From: Camelus dromedarius
Lineage: Eukaryota
DNA: 64,000 bases
Direction of reading: 5' to 3'
NCBI RefSeq assembly: GCF_036321535.1
Contig: NC_087436.1
Coordinates: 15,624,001 to 15,688,000 of the forward strand
In this document: positions 57,126 through 64,000 of the stretch, one piece after another
How the letters are laid out: every line of letters begins with the position of its first letter
Numbering within the stretch: position 1 is the stretch's first letter
Position numbers and translations under genes: made by a program
The notes under the pieces: model-generated
The model's input: only the letters and a program-made list of their open reading frames with translations
What the model was told of the DNA's origin: nothing
The model's database searches: none

Positions 57126-58329
57126 GTATGAATTTATAGTATTTAATTACTGTATAAAGCCTCTCGTTTGGAAAACATTGTTCCAATATTTTGGCAGTGC
57201 AAGTATCCCTTTTAGAAATACTGTATATTTGAATCTTCTGTACCACTCAGAGAAGCTTCACAAGGGAAATACTGTTCATTCTCTGAACAAAAATTCTTTA
57301 TAAAATTATTGACTACCTGGAAGACATTTTATTTTGAAAATTCCTATCAGTGACAGGTATATCTTTACAAAAAAATTATTTAGCCCTATTTTCTTCCTTC
57401 CTTGGTTCATTTTCCTTCCTTTTCTTTAATTGGTAATTAGGTAAATGTGTGCTGCTTTTTTCCTAATTATAAAACTAACATGGGCTCATTGTAGAAATTT
57501 TAAAATTATTTTTTTAAGAGAAAAAGCATTAAAAACAAGACAAAACAGCATGTCTTTCATGAGCTAGGATGGCTGGCTGTTGCTAAAATTTTGATGTAAT
57601 TTCTTTCTAGATTTTTTTTTTTTTTTTGAGAAAAATGTATTCCAATTGAATTCTTTAAGTTCGTGTTAGACACTTTCAAATAGCCAGGAAGGTCATATCG
57701 TCTCAGCCTCTCACTCACGCCGTCTGAGAATGTATCTCACAAGGCTCTCACCAGCACTGAAAAGTATTTTTTAAAATCTTTGTCAAAGTTATAGGCGGAA
57801 AATTGTCTAACTTCCATTCCTAGGCAAGAATGGCAGACCTATATTCCATTTTGAAACCCAGTTTTGTGAAAGATTGTAATTTTTTAAATATTATTTCCGT
57901 CTTATTCTACATTCTGTCACTTAATCTTTGCATCTTAGATTGTGAGAACTGATGAAATGGTAACAATGTGTTCACTGGGTTGACTGGCCTAGTAAACCAA
58001 ATCCTGATACTTTTCCAAGATGTCAAACCTTAGAATACATTGACCTGGGATGAAAAAAAATACAAAATCTATGAAAACTCGATTAATTAGAATAGCAATA
58101 CATTTTGCAGAGATTGTCAATCAGAGTAAGTTAGTGAGACATAATCTGGGAAAAAATGTAGCTGAGTATTTGGAATATAAAGCTGATTTTTTTCTTTCAG
58201 GTGTAATTCTCATACATTAAAATTCACTCTTTTTGGTGTATGATTCTATGAGTTTTGACAAACACAGTTATGTAACTATGAACACATTATAGAAAAGTGT
58301 GTAAGATATAGGAAAAAACCAATAGAAGA

Positions 58330-58750
58330 GGACTTTGACAGGATGCTATGAGTGTCATAAAGTTGCAAGGGTAAAAAATACTTAGGATGGTAAAATCGGG
58401 ATCCGTAAGACCCTTGACATACCGACTTAATTAAGCAATATAAGTGTTAATTGGAACAAATGTAAATCCTTACACCTAGGTCTGAAAGATCAGTGGATCA
58501 TAGGAGATAGGAGAGATGTGACTTAATATGTTTGAAAAAATCTTGAGGATTTAATTCTTCATAAATTCATTATAAGTCAAAAATTTCATGCCTTTGCCTT
58601 TACCTCCCCCAAAATGTCAGCATTGATTAATTATGCTGAAATAACTGTAATGTCTGCAGTATAAGAAAAATAGCTCTAAACCATGCTTTTGATATTATAT
58701 CCAATTCTGGTCCCACAAGGCCTTGAAAAATTGAAGTACTTGATTGATAT
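58330..58750 (+). mobile_element. L3/CR1 LINE remnant
   Basis: aaatgtaaatccttacacctagg...tgaaaaaatcttgaggatttaatt...tccaattctggtcccaca. Confidence 0.6.
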
Positions 58751-58769
58751 TGATAATAATATTGACATT

Positions 58770-58917
58770 AATTGGGGAACTTGAAAAAACAAAAGCAGAG
58801 TCCCACGCTCTACCTGAGAGATTCTTATTCAGTAAGAATGGAGTGAGTGGATCCTGAGAATCTGTATATTAAAGAAGGCTCCCAGTGATTCTGATGTAGA
58901 GCCAGGCTGGGAAACAC
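58770..58917. mobile_element. MER5A-like hAT MITE
   Basis: gagattcttattcagta...ctgagaatctgtatatt...ctcccagtgattctgatgtagagccaggctgggaaacac. Confidence 0.7.
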
Positions 58918-59029
58918 GGAAGACTTGTGTAAGAAGCCGGGTGGAGTTAGCCTTGGTTTGGAAGTCAGGGAGGAATATGGGACAGAAATAACTGGCTTCA
59001 AACACCTGGAGGGCTGGCATATAGCAGAG

Positions 59030-60056
59030 ACTAGAAAAAATATTCCTCCTAAATGTTCCTCCCCTCTAAGAGGAACCCGGGATCCCTGGAGGAATGGCTA
59101 ATTCCAGGTCTCAGGAAGGAGGAAGCACAAGTAAGCCTGGTGACAGAAAGGAGGGAAATGACCGACTGCTGGGGTCATGTCATAAAGGCCCAGAAGGCAG
59201 CGTCAAGAGGCTGGCCAAATCTGGGACAATTTGAATAGCGAAAAAATTTTGAATGATAACGGATTCTAATGCACTGGATTTTTAAAAATCCACATAGAAG
59301 AAATCATAGGATCACAAAATCATCATTTTACAATCCTCAGTGTAATAGTTGATTCAGGCAAGGATCATCAGTGGCTCCTAAAACTTGGGTAGAAAAACTG
59401 TTGGAGGAATAGATATTCATACTGACTTAAAATGATATTTAAGTTTTTAATTAGAAAGGGAAAAATGCACCTTTTCAATAAAGATATGTGGTGATCACAT
59501 TCTTAATCAAGTGGTCAACTTATATATATCCCACTCGTGAGACAGCCGGACAGTATGTGGCTCCAGATGACGCATTAGCAATACACATAGATGGCGCTTA
59601 TGCAGTGGTTGTCTTGGCAGAAAAGGTGATGTCGTGAAAAATACAGAAAGGCTCGGAAAATATTCTAGATTAAAAGAGACTGATTTTTTCTTTAAATCTG
59701 GAATTTTAAAATCCAGATTAAAAAAAGATACTTTGGGGATAATTAAGAAAATTCAGATACAAATTGTATTTTAGATAATATTTTATTAATATTACTTTGT
59801 TTAGGTGTATAATAAGAATGCTGTTATGTGGGAGAATGTCCTTATTCTTAGGAGATGTATACAGATGTATTAGAGGTGATACCGGCTTATGTTTGTAGCA
59901 TCCTCTCAAATAATTCATGAGGGACAAAAACAGCAAGAGATAAAACAGAGCAAATATGGGAAAATATTAATAATGGGTGAATCGATTAAAAGTGTATATG
60001 GGTGTTAATTGTTCCTTCAACTTTTCTGTAGACTTGAAATTTTCAAAATAAAAAGC
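59030..60056 (+). mobile_element. Ancient L1M (MC/ME-like) 3' region
   Basis: gagaatgtccttattcttaggagatg...ttcaacttttctgtagacttgaaattttcaaaataaaa. Confidence 0.7.
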
Positions 60057-61969
60057 AGTGGAGGGAAGGGTTCTGTGTGTTCTGTGGAGTTCCAGAGGGC
60101 AGAGTATGCAGCTGCGGGTGGAACTTTGAGGGGGTGGGTTTCTGCACAGTGCAAGGAAGGATTTCCTGGTGTAGCTGGTCAAGGATGGAATGGGCCATTC
60201 TGTGAAGGAACACTGTCAAGGAAAACCTGGACAAGCTAGTGCTGGGAATGAAATAGAAAAGATTCACACGTGGCTAAATTATGATTCTAGGTGGCTCCAG
60301 CCCCTTGCTCATTCAGCAGCCGATAACTATTTGTTGAGACCCTAATCCAGGCTCCGGATATGACAGAAAACAAGAAAAAGTCTCCAGCTTCACGGAGCAC
60401 AGAGTGCCCATTGTTTGGGATTTACATTCCCAACCTCTGAGAGCCTCTTTGACTGCAGGATCCCAGTCCTCATAGTTCTATTTCCGGCAGTGCTTGTGGC
60501 ACTCGGTCTTTAACCTTTCAGGTTCTCAAGGACTGTGCTGCTGGTCTCAGTAACCCCAGCACTTCATGTAGTGTTTGGTTCACAGTAAGCACTTAATAAT
60601 AAATAAATGTTTGTTGAATAAATGCCAAATGTAGTTCGAAGAGAGAAAGAAAATGCCAATGTTTTTCTCTAGCAAACTGAAAAGAACCTGACTCTCAAAT
60701 GCTCGCCCATGCCTTGTGACTGAATGTTTGTTACTACAGCAGCAAGGAGCAATGTCGTGTGAGAAAGGAGAGCTGTTTTCTGGGAAAGGCCATTGTTGTC
60801 TGTCCAGAGTGTCTGCTGAGATTGGTAGTGACCCGCCCTTCTACTGCCAGCCTTAGCTGAGCAGGGCCACCCCACCAGTCCAGCAGTGCGTCAAGCAGAT
60901 TAATACCTGCTGCATCAACAGGGCAGAAGGAAGAAAATATAACCAAATTCACTCAATTTTGGTTTTTTCTTGTTTTGGATCTCCTCAGGCCACTTGGCAG
61001 CAAGATCATGGGCTCGACGCCCAGCAAGAATAAGAGAGATGCATTGCTTTTGTTTGAGTTTTTATAAGGCCAAACTATCCTATAGTTTTCACAGTGAGAG
61101 GCGAATAAATCTGGAACGGCTGCCCGTTCTTTCATTTTGGTGCTGAAATAAGAAGGAAAGTATAACTCTTGTCAAGTCAAAGTTTTATCAGGTATAGGGC
61201 ATCACTAAGACACCAACCGAAAAAACATCACGTAAGCATTTTTAAGCTTTTTCATCAGTTTGCTTTGATGTTGGGTGTTTTAAATTTTTTTCTTATTGCT
61301 GATTGACCAGTGTAGAAGTCAGAAATATCTGAATTCTTCTTGTCTTTTCCTTATTAGTTTAAATATACCTGTTCCCAAATTGATGGCCCACGGAACATTT
61401 TTTGTAGGAAATTACTTTGTATACAAGAAATAAATCACTAGTGCGTGCCAAAAGTTTGTGAAATGTGAGTCAAAACAAAATTAGGCATATTTCTGTACTG
61501 AGTCTTTGATAAACTAAAGTGCATTACGAAACACCAAGTGAGATATTTACTATAAAGGATTTTAAACATTCGTTTGAAGTTGTGACTTCCTTTCCCAGAC
61601 ACAGCTATGAATAACATCTAGAAAAATGTACTATAGGATGGCAGGTTGGGAAACTAATTGAGAGCGAAGTAGGAGCTAAAGATAATGAAGGTAAGCCCTG
61701 TGGCAATCAGTGCCAGCGACGGAAAGTTAGGAGCTGTTTTTACCACCCCACCAGCTTAGATCCCCATGACTCATGGGGCTGAAAAACCAGCTACTTTGTC
61801 TTAAATGTTTTGCCTACTACAAGGAAATAATTTACAGCTGCGGAAAAAAAAAAAAAAGCAGCAAAACAGAGGACCCTGAATCTATTTCTCAAAAATTAAC
61901 ATTAAATCTTAGTCTTCCTAAAGCCTTCTTAAAACTACCTGCATAATCCCCTTTGATGTCCAGTCATAA

Positions 61970-63015
61970 GGTTCAATGAAAGTTTGGTAAAAATCACAAA
62001 TACTTTTGAATTAGACAAAGTGATTTTAAATTTTATAAGGAAGAACAAGAGTAACCAAGGCAATTTTGAAGATCAAGACTGGGAGGTGGACTCTTGTAAG
62101 TAATTAAGACGGTGTTTTATCATCAGAGAAATGGGTCAAGAAAACAGAATAGAGAATCCACCAAAGAGGTGGAGACACACAGTTCTGTATTGTGTGCTGG
62201 ATGGAGGTGGTAGAACAGATCAGTGGGGAAAGTGAACATGTCAACGACTGTTGCAGGAAAAACTGATCACCCATATTTTTAAAAGTCATTTTCTTATGTA
62301 AGGTAGAATCTAAAGACATAAAAATAAAAAGTAAAACAAATATTTTGAAGAAATACGTGAGAATATCTTTATGAATTTCGCGTAGGGGATGAGTTTCTAA
62401 ACAAGTCTCAACAATTACAAACCACAATGAGAAAGACTGATAAATTTGACTAAGTGAAAATTTAAAACGTATGTACATAAATGCAGCAAAAGCATGTGAA
62501 AAGTCACGACTGCACGGCACAATGGCAGCAACAGTGCACGTCCAACATAAATAAACTGCCCATCAGAAAGAAGAAGACAAATAGGGCAGGGAGCTCAGGA
62601 AAGATGAAACCTAAGGAGCCAACTAATAATTTGAAAAGATTCCTGACCTTGCTTCTACTAAGAAGATGTGGACCAGTGTGATAATGAGATACCATTTCAC
62701 CTCCATTGAGTTGGTGCAGAAATCTCAAAGACTGATGGTAACAAGTATGTGTGAGAATAATGTGGTATATCCTGTTCAGAGAGTAATTGAGTAATTGCCC
62801 ATAACCATACAACCCAGCCGCTATCTTACACCCTGGAGAAATTCTGTCTCATGTGCCAAAGGAACGTGTACTGGAGTGTTGAGAGTAGCACTGTTCGGAC
62901 TAAGGAAACTACAGCTATGTGTGACAACAGAGAGGAAACTCAGAAACAGAGTTTTGGATGATAAAATGCAAGCTGTAGAAGACAGATAGGTTCAGTATGA
63001 TACCATTTATATAAA
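61970..63015 (+). mobile_element. Ancient L1ME ORF2/3' remnant
   Basis: gacaaagtgattttaaattttat...aatgagataccatttcac. Confidence 0.65.
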
Positions 63016-63018
63016 GTA

Positions 63019-63228
63019 GAGGTCAGCAAATGGGCCAAATCTGGCTTGCCACCTGTTATCGAAAATAAAGTTTTATGGAATCTCAGCCATGCCTGTTTGT
63101 CTGCACACTGTCTGCGGTTGCTTTTGCATGGCAACAGCAGAGTTGACGGGTGACAGCAGAAACCATATGGCCCTCAAAGCTGGAAATATTTACTATCTGA
63201 CCTTTATAGAAAAAGTTTGCCAACTCCA
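63019..63228 (+). mobile_element. MER58A-like hAT MITE
   Basis: gggccaaatctggc...aaataaagttttatggaa...ccatatggccc...tatttactatctgacctttatagaaaaagtttgccaactcc. Confidence 0.85.
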
Positions 63229-64000
63229 GACATAGAAAAAGTTTGCACACTCCCTTTATCACAGGTGAGACTCGAACAATATGTTCTTTATTGTATTTTT
63301 ATGGCTACGTATATATGTATATGTATTTTACATCACTATGTATATTTTTTAAGTAAAAGTATACAAAAATGCACATGGAACTGATAAATTGTGAATTTAG
63401 GATATTGACTATCAAAGGAATAGGTTAGGAAAGTGTACACAGGGAGCCTGAAGTGTATCTATACTGCTTTCTTTTTTTAATTGAAATGTAGTTGCTTTAC
63501 AATCTTGTATTAGTTTCTGATAAGCAGTATAGTGATTTGCTTATACATATATATATTCTTTTTCATTGTAGATTATTACAATATATTAAATGTAATTTAT
63601 ACCATTTTATTTCTTAAGCTAATTTTTGGGCTTTGCCTATCTACACTTTTTTTAAATCCTGAAAAATTTTATAATTAATTTAAAGGTCTCCAAGAAGAAC
63701 TTGAGTTCTATGGTACCAATAGTGATGTTTTTACAGGGCATGAACATAAAATTGAGGGAAATTTTCTTTGATTGTTTTTTCTGAAATAGGAAAATAAAAA
63801 TGAGGAAATAATCAAGAATGTTCAGAAAAAAACATGATCAAACACTGTTTCCATTTCATCTCTATTCATAGTCTTCTCCTGTAATTCCCTCTACTCGAAG
63901 CACTGTTTATTGCTCTGTGGATTTTTATCTTATTTTGTTACCTAAGAGTAAACGAGTAACATAAAAACATTTCTTAGTAGTACAGAAATATGTGGTGTCT

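Overview
Mammalian genomic DNA, most likely camelid: it carries three copies of a tRNA-derived SINE that resembles camelid Vic-1, plus young L1 3' ends. Much of the window is transposon debris (L1, L2, MIR, L3/CR1, MLT1 LTRs, MER20/MER58/MER5A/Tigger). The window appears to lie inside the SH3D19 gene on the + strand. A 40-nt coding exon (DRNERNKPEHRSSS) is at 57086-57125 and a probable alternative first exon ends at 55358. Two trypsin-fold genes are nested antisense in the large upstream intron. (1) PRSS48 is intact, has six coding exons (12173->5490, 318 aa), a complete His/Asp/Ser triad and a GPI-like hydrophobic tail. (2) An upstream paralogue (26035->22359) has the same exon layout but has lost all three catalytic residues and the R-IVGG activation site. 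It also carries a frameshift/stop and a broken splice donor, so it looks like an ancestral pseudo-protease that later became a pseudogene. The two genes share a promoter/exon-1 block of about 91-93% identity with a CTCF-type motif, although their protease exons are only about 50% identical in protein. No prokaryote-type systems, CRISPR arrays, rRNA or genuine tRNA genes were found. Gene names and repeat family names come from my recall of the sequences, not from a database search.
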